DNA of 64,000 bases, taken from assembly GCA_963713605.1 (NCBI GenBank), contig CAVQMO010000001.1, forward strand, positions 224,001-288,000. Direction: 5' to 3'. The position numbers were made by a program, and so were the translations under genes. The notes under the pieces are model-generated. The model did not search any database. It was not told the origin of the DNA and saw only the letters and a program-made list of their open reading frames with translations. This DNA comes from an uncultured Nitrososphaerales archaeon. GTDB lineage: Archaea; Thermoproteota; Nitrososphaeria; Nitrososphaerales; Nitrososphaeraceae. Shown here one piece after another: positions 32,816 to 44,420 of the stretch; position 1 is the first letter of the stretch; each line of letters opens with the position of its first letter.

Positions 32816-33109
32816 CTAACCTTCTTCCCAGCCCTTTGTGAATAAGGCATTCTTCTTGAGTGGAATTGGTTGACCTGGGGTATAATCCATCGGTCTCATC
32901 CAGAAGATTGCCTTTGTTGGACAAACGCCTATGCAGGCCCCATCAGAGATACATCTTTCAGGATAAAAGACAAATGCTTTTCCTCTCTTCCACCCTTCAA
33001 CTGGTTTTACTCTTAAGACATCAGGACCTAGCGCTGTACATATTTCTACGCAAAGAGCACATCCTATACAGTGTTGTTCGCTAACATCTGGAATTATTGC
33101 GACTGGCAT
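32816..33109 (-). CDS. Ferredoxin with two 4Fe-4S-type motifs
   Basis: CIGCALCVEIC and CISDGACIGVCP. Confidence 0.93.
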   Translation of the reverse strand: MPVAIIPDVSEQHCIGCALCVEICTALGPDVLRVKPVEGWKRGKAFVFYPERCISDGACIGVCPTKAIFWMRPMDYTPGQPIPLKKNALFTKGWEEG

Positions 33110-33289
33110 CTATATCACTAAATGTCGTTTCATGCTGAAACTATTTAAACACTATGCCAAATCTATAACACCGATATAAAAATGAAATTGTTAGCCACTT
33201 TCTCGCCTTAGAAATAAGTGTTTCAATAGTGGTATGATCTTAGCACAATTATATTAGTAAGTCGTGGAAGTAACCTATATTCGATAGAT

Positions 33290-34192
33290 TTGCCGGTGGA
33301 AATGAGTATTGGCGAGCACCTTGACGAATTACGTCTAAGATTAATACGTGTAGCAGTGGCCATGCTTGTTGTAACAGCATTCTGCCTCAGTTTCGGGCTG
33401 ACCAGTATTCATTTGTCATTTGATCCAAGCTCTGGAATGATTAATTCAAGTGAATCACCAAACGATGGAGGCAATCACGTCGAAACAGACTCAATTGATA
33501 TCACCATTTACTATCCCTACTATAATCCGTTTGGTAATATTGCTATACAGCTAACGACATTCATGAGCGACACGCTCCTTCCTCCTGAAGTTTCATTAAT
33601 TCAAACTGCACCGGGACAAGCATTTTTCTCTCAAGTGTTTATCGCCGTCTTGTTGAGTATTTTGATTTCAATGCCTTTGATAATTAGAGAAATGTATGCC
33701 TTCATTTCGCCTGCCTTCAGCAAAGCCAAGAGCGTCCTATCGGTCAAGACTTTTGTTCCGACAATCCTTCTTTTTGTTGTTGGGGTAATATTCTCCTATG
33801 TCATTGTCATTCCGGTTATCCTAAATTTTCTGTACACCTTTGGCGAATCTATAGGTGTTGCCACCTTCTTTAGTATAAACGAGTTTTTCCCTTTTGTGCT
33901 TCAGCTTTTAGTGGCGTTCGGACTTGCTTTTGAGCTCCCAGCCATCATGTATGCACTCTCCTTGACTGGAGTTGTCGACGCGGCATTTTGGAAAAAGAAT
34001 TTTAGGTATGCGGTAATAGTTTTCGTGATATTTGGTGCAATTATCACCCCAGATGGAGGTGGAGTTAGTATGTGGCTCGTTGTGGCTCCTATGATTGTTC
34101 TTTATTTGGCTGGTTTAATGGTAGTCAAGAGATCTAGAAATGAAAACAATCGTCTTACCAATTCAGGGGCAGAAGCTAGCGCAAAATTCTGA
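33290..34192 (+). CDS. tatC: Twin-arginine translocase subunit TatC
   Basis: HLDELRLRL, FISPA, FGLAFELP and AIITPD motifs. Confidence 0.95.
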   Translation: MPVEMSIGEHLDELRLRLIRVAVAMLVVTAFCLSFGLTSIHLSFDPSSGMINSSESPNDGGNHVETDSIDITIYYPYYNPFGNIAIQLTTFMSDTLLPPEVSLIQTAPGQAFFSQVFIAVLLSILISMPLIIREMYAFISPAFSKAKSVLSVKTFVPTILLFVVGVIFSYVIVIPVILNFLYTFGESIGVATFFSINEFFPFVLQLLVAFGLAFELPAIMYALSLTGVVDAAFWKKNFRYAVIVFVIFGAIITPDGGGVSMWLVVAPMIVLYLAGLMVVKRSRNENNRLTNSGAEASAKF

Positions 34193-34258
34193 TTTTACCA
34201 ATTACGTCAGTCAGAATTAACACTTAAATGCAGAAGGGTGGGAATATTACATTAACCG

Positions 34259-34618
34259 ATGATCGCTTCAAGCCATTTGATGCAAGCATTTGGAGTAGGC
34301 GGATTAGAATGGGTCTTTATTATAGTTATTGTGGTTGTTTTGTTTTTCGGGGTAAAGAAGATCCCGGAAATTGCACGATCTGTTGGAAGGGCTTCTTCTG
34401 AATATCAGAAGGCCAAAATCCAGGCAAAGCAGGAGTTAAACCAGATGAATGCGAAGGATGTAACTGATGAATCATCGATTGATAGAGAGAAGCTAGAGTC
34501 TATTGCAGACACTTTGGGAATTGATTCTACAAATAAGAATGACGCAGAGCTTCGTAATGCTATAGATCTTGCAATCAGCAAGGGAAAACAGACAACGGAG
34601 GGGGAGACACGATATTAA
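34259..34618 (+). CDS. tatA: Twin-arginine translocase subunit TatA
   Basis: TM helix then FGVKKIPEIARSVG. Confidence 0.92.
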   Translation: MIASSHLMQAFGVGGLEWVFIIVIVVVLFFGVKKIPEIARSVGRASSEYQKAKIQAKQELNQMNAKDVTDESSIDREKLESIADTLGIDSTNKNDAELRNAIDLAISKGKQTTEGETRY

Positions 34619-34759
34619 TGAAATCGGCCCCTTTGGTTTATAGAACCAATAAAAACGCTTTTAAGGGATTGAGAGTAATCTATTGTGACCGGAACTGAGT
34701 TAACTCCTAATGTTATGTTTTGGAACTGAGTCGGTCCTCGTCGATTTAGTGATAATAGT

Positions 34760-36459
34760 ATGTGTGGAATAGTTGGTATTTTGAGCAAGACCGGAGAAAA
34801 TGTAGTGCCTTTAGCGGAATCAATGCTTTCATGTATTGCATGTAGAGGTCCTGATGGGGCAGCGATTGCCAGCGGCGGAGCAGATAGTCCAAACCGATTC
34901 TGTAAGTGACCTTAGAAAACATCCGATGTCAGAAAGCTGCTCTGCGTTGGGACATGTTAGACTAGCGATTGTAGGAGGAACGTGTGGACAACAGCCGTTT
35001 AGAAGTTGTGATGGGAGGTTTATTGTAGAGCATAATGGTGAAATCTACAATTACAAGAAGCTAAGGAGCAAACTTGAAATTTCACACAGATTTGTTTCTC
35101 AAACTGACAGCGAGGTAATAGTACATACTTTTTGAGGACAATTATGCTAAGACAAGGGATCTTCAAGGTGCCATAAAAAAGACGGTCTCTGAATTGGACG
35201 GAGTGTATGCTATTGTGATAAGAGATGAGGAAACTGGTGAGATCGCTTTGGTAAGAGATGTTATGGGTGTTCGGCAACTCTACTATGGCCAAAACTCCCA
35301 ATTAGTGGCCTTTGCATCTGAAAGAAAAGCGCTGTGGAAGATTGGCTTAAAGGAACCAACTCTCAGGGTTCATCCCGGATCTGTTTTAATTATTATGCCA
35401 GATGGTTCATTTGGTGAGCAGCAGAAGATTACAAAGAACCCTGTATCTAATCAAAAGATTCGGTACAAGACGCTGAGCTCTGCAATTAAAGCGTACAGAA
35501 GGGCTTTAATTTCATCTATGAGAAAGCGTACTCAAGATTTTGATCGAATAGGCATTATATTCTCAGGAGGAATTGATAGTGTAATCATTGCTTGGCTTGC
35601 CAAGAAGATGGTTCGTGAAGTTATATGCTATACCGGTGGGGTAGAAGGATCAAGTGATATAGTATTTGCCAGAAAGATTGCAAAAAAACTGAACCTGAAA
35701 TTAAGGGTCAATGAATTAACTTACAATGAAGTAGAAGAAATGATCCCTGAGGTAATTAATACAATTGAACATACAAATGCAGGTCAGGTGGAAGTTGCTA
35801 TCCCTGTATATGCGGCTGTAAAACTTGCTCATGAAGATGGCATCAAAGTGATGTTCTCCGGGCAGGCAGCAGATGAGCTATTTGGAGGGTACTCATGGTA
35901 CGGTAAAGTAGTAAAAGATGGTGGAGGGTATGCTGGTTTGCGTCATTACATGAATGAGGATATACAACTGTTGTATAAGGAGACACTGGAGAGAGAAGAT
36001 AAAATTACCATGGCTCACAGTATTGAAATGCGGGAGCCTTTTCTTGACTTAAAATTGATCAGACTAAGTATGAAAATAGATTTACGTTTGAATGTCAAAG
36101 GTGTGTCTGATGCATTTGGCAAGCATGTACACCGAAAGCTCGCACAAGAATTGGGCATTCCGAGGGATATCGCTTATCGTTCCAAGGAAGCGACTCAACA
36201 TGGATCAGGAATTCATCAAGTGGTTGACTTGATAGCACGAAAACACGGCTTTGACGAATCAACAATCTCTACAAAGTACCTGGACTTACTCAAATCTCGA
36301 GAGAGGGTAGGAAGTTCTCAGAGATATGGATACCTTTTCGAGAACGAGAAGGAAAAAATGTGGATTGCAGAACCGCATGTTCAGATGTATCTTGACAGTA
36401 TTTCTAAGGTACTGCCAGCTCTCGAGCAAAATATTGTCGCTAAAAGGAAGTCCCTATAG
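34760..36459 (+). CDS. asnB: Asparagine synthase (glutamine-hydrolysing), frameshifts near 34870 and 35128
   Basis: MCGIVG start, RGPD, HVRLAI, NGEIYN, SGGIDS and GQAADELFGGY spread over three frames. Confidence 0.9.
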
Positions 36460-36704
36460 ACTAACGGGTTTCGTCATATAATGTGACAATTCTATTTGTC
36501 AGATGAGATCGTTTGGGCGTGAGAAAAAAATGGTATAGTTGATCATATAGGTTACAGTATTTGAAATTGTTTTATAAGGATGGCATCCTGACTGGCATCA
36601 ACGAAGGACCGCCCGTCAGGTATATGTTACTACTGTAAGACTCTGCCTATTATCCTTTGGTTAAGAAGTATGTCATTCGAAAAATAATCGATATACTAAT
36701 TCTT

Positions 36705-37601
36705 CTAGTTTGCTCCGACAGAATTTGCTCTGAAACTGCAAGTGAAATCATTTTTCATTAATTTAGAGGCGATAATTGGTGATATCATTAGAGTAGGGAT
36801 ACTTATTAAAAGGAACAGGGTCTGAAACGGAGCTAAGGAAGCTACAGCTACCCCTGATCCAAATCCGACAAATAGTGAAATAAGACTTCCTGCGCAGGTT
36901 GGGCATCCTACAAAAAGCCCAGCAGTAATACCTATTCCACTCACTACTGAAAGTTTCTTGTTATTATTCTGACTTCTTGACATACTAAAGAAAGAGACCA
37001 TCAATGATAAATTAAATCCGACCATTGCTGATATCGCGACAGAAAGTGTAAAATTAATTGGAATTATTAATATCGTAAAATACTCAGTTAGATACACAGA
37101 TAACATAGGAACATATCCAGGTAGGTTGCAGCAAGGCGTAACCATCAATGAAGGAGTCACAATTCCATCCACGTTGATTGGCATATTAGGTTCGTATAGC
37201 AGTATTTGGGACAAGAATGCAAAGCCAATCCAATAAAACACAGATGATATTACCATAATTCTCCGATATTTGATATCAGTGAATGTAACCATCAAGTGAG
37301 AACCTAAAGAGCTACCACTTGAGTACGCTCTGGCTATTTCAGCTTTAAGAATTAGATAAATTCCGTAGATACAGATAGGAATGGATACAAAAGTCCAAAA
37401 CAATACGATGTTTGCAAGATTCATGAGTTGAGAGCTCACTTTTAGCGATTGATTGTCTTGGGGGCTGGTTAAGCTTCCATAAATCACAAATATCGATACC
37501 AATGATAAACCACTTAACAAAGCCACCCTAACACCTCGATTTCGTAGCTCTGTGTAATTCTTGACGTCAAACATCATAGAAGAAATTCCATGCTGTGACA
37601 T
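36705..37601 (-). CDS. Multi-pass membrane protein with PCC and GCPTC motifs
   Basis: About six TM segments. TPCC and FVGCPTCAG. Confidence 0.8.
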   Translation of the reverse strand: MSQHGISSMMFDVKNYTELRNRGVRVALLSGLSLVSIFVIYGSLTSPQDNQSLKVSSQLMNLANIVLFWTFVSIPICIYGIYLILKAEIARAYSSGSSLGSHLMVTFTDIKYRRIMVISSVFYWIGFAFLSQILLYEPNMPINVDGIVTPSLMVTPCCNLPGYVPMLSVYLTEYFTILIIPINFTLSVAISAMVGFNLSLMVSFFSMSRSQNNNKKLSVVSGIGITAGLFVGCPTCAGSLISLFVGFGSGVAVASLAPFQTLFLLISIPTLMISPIIASKLMKNDFTCSFRANSVGAN

Positions 37602-37818
37602 TAATCTGTATCGACTTTCATCAACGAATTAAATTTTAACAAGGATCTCAACTTCCAAGAATTAAACTCGCCCCCTGGAAAAAAATTTGTAGATACAGAT
37701 ATCAGAAATGACAGTCCAGTGTAGTGTACGCGTGACTCATGCATGGCTCATGAATTATGTTTTTTTCACAAAACTAGATCGAATGCGATGAGCACAATCG
37801 TCTCACATCAATAGAAAT

Positions 37819-38109
37819 TCAAAAGTTATCCCCAAAACTACGTGTGTGATCATATACTTCCTCTTGCGGCGTAGTTTTCTTGCGATGATTGTCCAAGTTT
37901 TTGTGCAATCTATAGTCGACGACCTTTTCATGCTCTTCTCTTTCGTGATGTAATCTATCCTTTTCGTGTATGAACTCTTTTCCACAGTTATGGCATTTTA
38001 CGATTGGATGGTGATGAACATGTCTTGCATGTTGTATAAGCTCATCATAGCTCCTAAATTTCTCTCCGTCTTGATCGCACTCGTATTTGGTATGGTGAAA
38101 TAGGTTCAT
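37819..38109 (-). CDS. C2H2-type zinc finger protein
   Basis: CDQDGEKF...HARHVH and CHNCGKEF...HEREEH. Confidence 0.82.
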   Translation of the reverse strand: MNLFHHTKYECDQDGEKFRSYDELIQHARHVHHHPIVKCHNCGKEFIHEKDRLHHEREEHEKVVDYRLHKNLDNHRKKTTPQEEVYDHTRSFGDNF

Positions 38110-38339
38110 ACGATATGATTATACTAACACCTGATTGATGTATTAAATGCTTTTGGTAGTGTGTTTCAAGTTGTTTCATTATTTCGGGGCACAATGACAA
38201 CTAGAATTAGAAACTTTGAAGTCTTATTCAATAATGATTTGAATTTCAGATTAAACACATAACTACAGAGCTGATATAAACTCTCAATTTCTGGCCGGAT
38301 TATTGTTAAGAGGAGTTTCTCAACCATCTAATGGGACCT

Positions 38340-38966
38340 CTAGGCATTTGCCACCTCATTATCACAAATCACATCTTGTATTATCCTTTCAATTTTATCT
38401 GCGATTTCACGTCGAGAGGAGGAATCAAGGTTCCCCATTTTTTCTAAAATTATATCACTCTCCCACTTGTTTTCTGCACGGCGTATTTTTTTTGTCGAAT
38501 TGTCAAGGAAATACATCTGACGGATAGCTATGTGAGAAAACTCTTCCTTTGAAGCTGCTCCATGAAAGTGCATCTTAAAGGCAGGAATCTGAACAATATC
38601 TCCCTCCTTGTTCATTGGAATTGTTTCAACATCCCCAATCTCAAAATTTGCAATAGAGTCACTATTTATTATACCTACTATGCCTCGTCCTTTCGTAGAA
38701 ATCAGGACCTGATCCGTCTCGTGGTAATGTACGGTAGTAGTAGCTCCGTCCTTAAAGAATACATGGTAAATCTCCAGTTCCCTCGAATTTTCATCACCAA
38801 GCACCTGTTGTAGGATCACATTTCCTCTAAAATACGAGGGGTCCACCTTTTTCACTGGAGAATTATAGATGTTCTCTTTGAACACAGCCCACCATGTAAT
38901 TCCACCTAAATAAAAAGTCTTTGAGGTTGACAGGTCGAACCATCTCGATTCTTTCTGCCTTAGCAT
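38340..38966 (-). CDS. Cupin domain protein
   Basis: HYHETDQVL and GDIVQIPAFKMHFHGA. Confidence 0.85.
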   Translation of the reverse strand: MLRQKESRWFDLSTSKTFYLGGITWWAVFKENIYNSPVKKVDPSYFRGNVILQQVLGDENSRELEIYHVFFKDGATTTVHYHETDQVLISTKGRGIVGIINSDSIANFEIGDVETIPMNKEGDIVQIPAFKMHFHGAASKEEFSHIAIRQMYFLDNSTKKIRRAENKWESDIILEKMGNLDSSSRREIADKIERIIQDVICDNEVANA

Positions 38967-39349
38967 CCTAACTTAGTGACGATACAGTTCGATCCTATTC
39001 TGTTATGACAACGCCCTGAGAGCCATAGTATTTAGAATACTTTTCAAAAAGAGCATTTCAGGGAGAAATTTATGAGGCCTAGTATCATCACAAGGCGTCC
39101 ATGATAATTCTCCTTTTTCCATCAATTTCATTTGTTCCTTCCTGAAGGCGTAAGGATCTCCTAACTCCGTGGCCTGCTGAAACGCTATACCTGCGAACAA
39201 AATATGATGATGTCTTCCTGTTGCCTCGCCTAAATAGGTATACACTAAAGGAGTGCTTCGAAATAACAATAGTAATTTTATTCCTTCCTACCAAGGTGGA
39301 GGAAGAGTAGTGTAATCTTTAATTCCTAGGATTGTATACCTTAAGTAAA

Positions 39350-39782
39350 ATGTCTTCCAATTTGCCTACAGGTGAAGATGAATACATAGTTGCCAAGATC
39401 AGCTATGTTGGATTTGCAGACCAACTAGGCCTAGAGGGGATAGTTATACTTAAAACATTTGATGGGAAAGAGTTTCCTATGCGCGCCTTCTCTGGAGAAG
39501 TTGCTAGGCACATCTCGAGATTCCAAGAAGGTGATAAGAATACCATTCCCACAATTTATAACCTTGTGGAAGAGGCTAGCAGTGACCCAAGATCTGTTAC
39601 TTCTAGAAGTACGTGTGTATCAAAGCGGATCGGTTCTTAGGGCAAATCTATACTTTAAGAACCGTAAAGAAAACTTTATCATGAGGAACTATCGTGCTTC
39701 CGACGCTATCGCATTGGCAGCATACTACGACATACCAATCCGTGTCAGAAAAAACCTGTTCGAAGAGACAATAGAACAGTAG
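39350..39782 (+). CDS. Bifunctional nuclease family (DUF151) protein (frameshift near 39575)
   Basis: PTIYNL in the first frame, RASDAIALA...PIRV in the second. Confidence 0.82.
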
Positions 39783-39810
39783 GCTCCTTTCGCACTCACT
39801 TATTCTGAGA

Positions 39811-40913
39811 CTAGGTTATTATTTCTTTGATTTTATTGTTCTTTAGTGCATCATTAATTTCCATATGCTATTCTTCTGCCTACACCTAGAACAAAACCAT
39901 GTGAGTACTTTTGTGTACGGACTCGTAGTCGCCATAATGGGATTTCCTGGAACTCTTACAGAGACGTCATAAACAATAAGTTCAAGATCACGCGTCACCA
40001 CACTCTGTAACGAAATGGGGCCGATTAGACCTGGAGAGTATTTTGAGTTAACAAAATTTGCAAACTTATCACCAATAAGAAAAACCTTTTCCAGAAGCGA
40101 CTCTCTAATGCTGGCAGGCATATGACCAACCTCAATATTTTGTAAATCTATATCAATTTCCATCTGTTCCTTTGCAGGGATAGATGTGGTAAAGTCGTGG
40201 AGGTTTGTTTGCAGCCTCCTTTCTATCCCGAGAAATTCCATCTCTTTTTTAAGTGGTGAATAAAAGAAGTTGAAATTGAAATAAGTGCCAATCACGTACT
40301 CTTCTATGACCGCATTCTTAAGATCCTCTCTATTAATAATGCCTTTTTCAATCCTCATTTCTGATTTCCGAATGAAGTCATCATACGACGAAGCAATAAA
40401 GAAGGCTCTTTCCAGTTTTCGTGTTGCTTCTGGAATTTTTACTATTGCGAGACCTTTTATTTCAGAGGGATCATCAAAAATAGTTGGATGTCTGATGTTT
40501 GCCTGTTCAAGTAAATTGTATTGGTTGTATTCTTCTCGCCGTTCTTCCGCACGAAGCAGAGACCTATTACCAAATAGTGGTACCAAAAATATTTTCTCTA
40601 TACTTTCATAGCCAAGGTATGCAGTGAAAGCCCTATTGGTGACAAAGATTGTATTCAGGTCGATCAATTTTCGGATATTTTCTTTGTAAAGAATATCTGA
40701 AAATTTGTCAAGCAAGAGAATCTCGTCTGCAAGTCGTCTAAACCTCAAATATGGAGTCTCTCTTCCTTTCTGACATACGCAAACTGTCTTAAGGCCCTCG
40801 TCTTTGCATCCATCCATTATTTCCAAAGCTGAATGGCTTCCAATTGTTCCAACACTTATGTTTCTCCTGTCATAACGGTCGACTATATCAATAACCTGGC
40901 TCATTGAAATCAT
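39811..40913 (-). CDS. purP: PurP-family formate-AICAR ligase (ATP-grasp) with two 3' frameshifts
   Basis: GSHSALEI, FGNRSLLR, ERAFF and GHMPASIRESLL. C-terminus YSHGFVLGVGRRIA-MEINDAL...IIT* in shifted frames. Confidence 0.88.
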
Positions 40914-41288
40914 AACTTGTCTTCAGAGGTTCTTTTATCAACAATTATATATTTTGTTTTATTGTCCAGTCGCGACTAAGTTAAGCTCATCTTTTTGCCA
41001 TCAAATAATAATACGTTCATTCCAATGAATGGTATGGCACATCCCAGATTAACAAAGTAAGGATTTGTCATTTATTGAAGGATTGTAAATTTGTTATTTC
41101 CAAAGAATAGCAAGATATTATGTTGGTGTAGGTCTAATCAGAACTAAAGTATTTTCATCTCAATTATGATGGATATTACTGGATTCAATTGTTCGCTACT
41201 TGCTGTACTGTCAAATATGATGTATGCAAATAGATGGACGTTCAAGATCTGTCCATTCGCATTTACTGATCCTGAAAATATCTTCAGA

Positions 41289-41510
41289 CTATTGCTCAAT
41301 CTGGTCTCTTTCGGCAGTATAAATCTCAAGTGTATTCTGGAATCCTCTTCTTTCATGAAATAGCCATCTTTTGCTACAGATTGAGCAACTTATAGAATTA
41401 TCGCCTGTAGAGTACTGCAATTCGAAATGACTGCAACGTACTTGATATTCGTGTTTTAATGCTTCCATTTCTCTTATTGCGTCGATATGCCTGACAGAAT
41501 TTTCTGTCAA
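41289..41510 (-). CDS. Small putative zinc-binding hypothetical protein
   Basis: CSH...CSICSKRW. Confidence 0.5.
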   Translation of the reverse strand: MTENSVRHIDAIREMEALKHEYQVRCSHFELQYSTGDNSISCSICSKRWLFHERRGFQNTLEIYTAERDQIEQ

Positions 41511-41960
41511 TATACCCTACAATTGGGAACTCCACTTTATCAACTTTGTCGCACTAGCCGAAGTACACACCGAAAATCTCCTTGCTATAACTGCTTGATG
41601 ATTGCCTTTGGCGATAAGCGCTATAATTGAGAACCCATTCATGCGATCAGAGTGCTCTCAACTGCAATTCTTAATTTCGCTTCTAATTAAGTAATACCCG
41701 TTACACATCGAACTAGAGAGAAGGAAGTTGATCCTCTGAAATTTTACCTTGTTACATAGAGGCATTCCTTCAATCTTCAAGGTTGCTAAGTAATGTAATA
41801 ATAGCCTAACGATTTTGAAATTCTTTAAATCTTCGATTCATATTAGAGAACTATTATTTCATCAACTTATTCCAATTCATCCGGATTGTCGTAGATAAAT
41901 GGGAATACATACCATCCTATTGCTAACTTTAGGCCTAAAACATTATTCTTATTAGGAGAT

Positions 41961-44159
41961 ATGGTATTAGAGATCAATTCAGATCACATGAGATTAATTA
42001 AGGATCCTGAACATAATTTAAACGGAGAAGGGAGCAAAAACTTACATAAAATATTGAAGATACTGGGATACTCTGAGTTATATCCTCCACAAGATCTGGC
42101 TCTATCAAAAGGTGTCGCAGAAGGCAAGAACCTACTAATTGTAACACCGACTGCAAGCGGAAAGACATTGACGGCGATGATGGCCACTATCTCAGTCCTT
42201 CAAAGAGGTCTAAAAGTAATATATCTCACCCCTTTGCGAGCACTGACATCAGAGAAATACCATGACTTCAAGTTATTTGAAAAGCATCCTCTTATAGGCA
42301 AGCAGGTCAAAGTTAAGATAGCAAGTGGGGATTACAGCTCACCTGGAAGCGGATTGTCTGATGCTGATATTATTATTGCGACTAACGAAAAGATGGATTC
42401 ACTGCTTCGCCGGCGAATTGACTGGCTACATAACGTAGGACTTTTCATAACGGATGAGTTTCATTTACTGTCAGATCCTGAGAGAGGCCCAACTCTGGAG
42501 ATGTTACTTACTAAAATCCGTAACAGGTATCCGAGTGCTCAAATCTTAGCACTTAGTGCTACCGTCGCCAATTCTAGTGAATTAGCAGAATGGCTCGATT
42601 GTGACTTGGTCATGAGTTCTTGGAGACCTACAAAATTGGTGGAGGGAATATTTGAAGATGGTCAAGTCGCTATGAATGACGGCAGTCGGCTTACAGTCAA
42701 TGTTTCCGCCAAAGCCTCAGCCTCTGTCGACGTTGCTATTGATTGTGTTGCAAAAGGTGGCCAATCACTAATTTTCGCGGAAACTAGAAAGCGATGTGTT
42801 TCCCTCGCTGTTCGGGCAGCTGATGGAGTTCATCAGATCCTATCGCAGAAAGAATCTGTGATGGCAGCCGAGGCGTCATCTAAGCTCATGAGAAAGGGAG
42901 ATGATACAGACTTGACGAAGACGTTAGTAAAGTTAGTTAACAGAGGCGTTGCATTTCATCATGCAGGTTTGTCCCATCAATGTAGAGAAGCGGTGGAAAC
43001 AGCTTACACGAAGGGAATCGTCAAGCTTATAGTGGCCACTCCCACTTTGGCATCAGGTGTGAATCTTCCTGCAAGAAGGGTTGTACTCTCAAGCGTAATG
43101 AGGTATGATCTAGAACAAGGCGGATATGCTCCTATTAGAATTATGGAGTACAAGCAATTATGCGGCCGGGCTGGGCGACCCCAGTATGACGAAAAGGGAG
43201 AAAGTATAATCATCGCAAATGACAATATTGCAGGACAAGATCTATATGAACATTATATCAATGGAACGCCGGAACCGATAAAATCAAATTTAATGAACGG
43301 GAAGTCCTTGAGGTCGCACGTACTGAGCACGGTAGCTGAAGTTCCAGGCATCAGGAGGTCTGAAATTCATGGATTATTTGCAAATACCTTATGTGCATAT
43401 TATCATGATAAGTCAATGTTATTGGGTAAGGTTGACGAAACGCTATACTATCTTGAAGAACAAGAACTAATCAAGTCCAAGAATGATAGATATATAGCCA
43501 CTTCATTTGGCAAAACCATATCTTTATTATATATGGATCCGATTACTGGAGTTCGATTTAGAAAATTCATTAGAATGATAGAGAGAAAAGGTAGCGATTC
43601 TCAAGAAAATCATGTACTTGCATATCTTCAGGTAGTTACATCCTGTGAGGATTTTTTCCCAAAGCTTCAATTAAGGAAGAAAGATCTAGAACCCATATTA
43701 GATCTTCTGAGTAAGAACGAAAATTGGCTAGTAATCCCGCTGGACGAACATGCATGCACAAGAAGCCTATTGGTATTACACAGCTGGATCCAAGAAGCAA
43801 GTGTGAGACAAATATCTTTAGAATTAGGGGTAGAACCTGGAGACTTACATAGGATTGTTGAGGCTGGTGAGCGACTATTTTCATGCTTTTATGAGATTGC
43901 TAAACTAAGTAAAAGGGACGACCTTTTGGTCGAAGTTGACATGCTTAGAAAACGAATCAAATATGGAGTTAAGCCCGAGTTGCTGTCGGTATTAAGATTA
44001 ACAGGCATTGGTAGAGTTAGAGCAAGGTCTCTATTTGATGCAGGTGTGGCCTCCATAAAGGATCTTACAGAAGTGGATGAACAACACATAGCCAGTATCC
44101 CAAAGATTGGCACAGCAATGGCAAGAAAAATAAAGAAGGAAACTATCAAATTTGTGTAG
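41961..44159 (+). CDS. hel308: Ski2-like DNA helicase Hel308
   Basis: PTASGKT, DEFH, LSAT, FHHAGL, GVNLPA, GRAGRP and GIGRVRAR motifs. Confidence 0.95.
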   Translation: MVLEINSDHMRLIKDPEHNLNGEGSKNLHKILKILGYSELYPPQDLALSKGVAEGKNLLIVTPTASGKTLTAMMATISVLQRGLKVIYLTPLRALTSEKYHDFKLFEKHPLIGKQVKVKIASGDYSSPGSGLSDADIIIATNEKMDSLLRRRIDWLHNVGLFITDEFHLLSDPERGPTLEMLLTKIRNRYPSAQILALSATVANSSELAEWLDCDLVMSSWRPTKLVEGIFEDGQVAMNDGSRLTVNVSAKASASVDVAIDCVAKGGQSLIFAETRKRCVSLAVRAADGVHQILSQKESVMAAEASSKLMRKGDDTDLTKTLVKLVNRGVAFHHAGLSHQCREAVETAYTKGIVKLIVATPTLASGVNLPARRVVLSSVMRYDLEQGGYAPIRIMEYKQLCGRAGRPQYDEKGESIIIANDNIAGQDLYEHYINGTPEPIKSNLMNGKSLRSHVLSTVAEVPGIRRSEIHGLFANTLCAYYHDKSMLLGKVDETLYYLEEQELIKSKNDRYIATSFGKTISLLYMDPITGVRFRKFIRMIERKGSDSQENHVLAYLQVVTSCEDFFPKLQLRKKDLEPILDLLSKNENWLVIPLDEHACTRSLLVLHSWIQEASVRQISLELGVEPGDLHRIVEAGERLFSCFYEIAKLSKRDDLLVEVDMLRKRIKYGVKPELLSVLRLTGIGRVRARSLFDAGVASIKDLTEVDEQHIASIPKIGTAMARKIKKETIKFV

Positions 44160-44420
44160 GGAGGACATGATATACCACTATCATACTAATCATACTAAAC
44201 ATGAATACTACTACTATATAATTGGCGTTCAAATTAATTGATTATCAACCTGATTAAATCTCTGATATATGGTATTTGATACCACCCAAACCAATTTTGG
44301 GTATAGAAATAATAGTGTTATGGCTTGAGCTCGTCTCCTTAGGTATTGCTACCGTATTCTCACATTCTATCACTAATTAAATTTATAATAGGCCTTACAC
44401 CTCTTGCAGAACCGATCTTG

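Noticed and set aside
39003..39294. Overlapping 88-aa and 68-aa ORFs
   Set aside because: No motifs, non-ATG starts, and the region looks more like structured RNA.
41590..41625. Possible K-turn hairpin containing TGATGA
   Set aside because: Bulge and tandem G-A geometry do not fit cleanly, and the element is too short to support.
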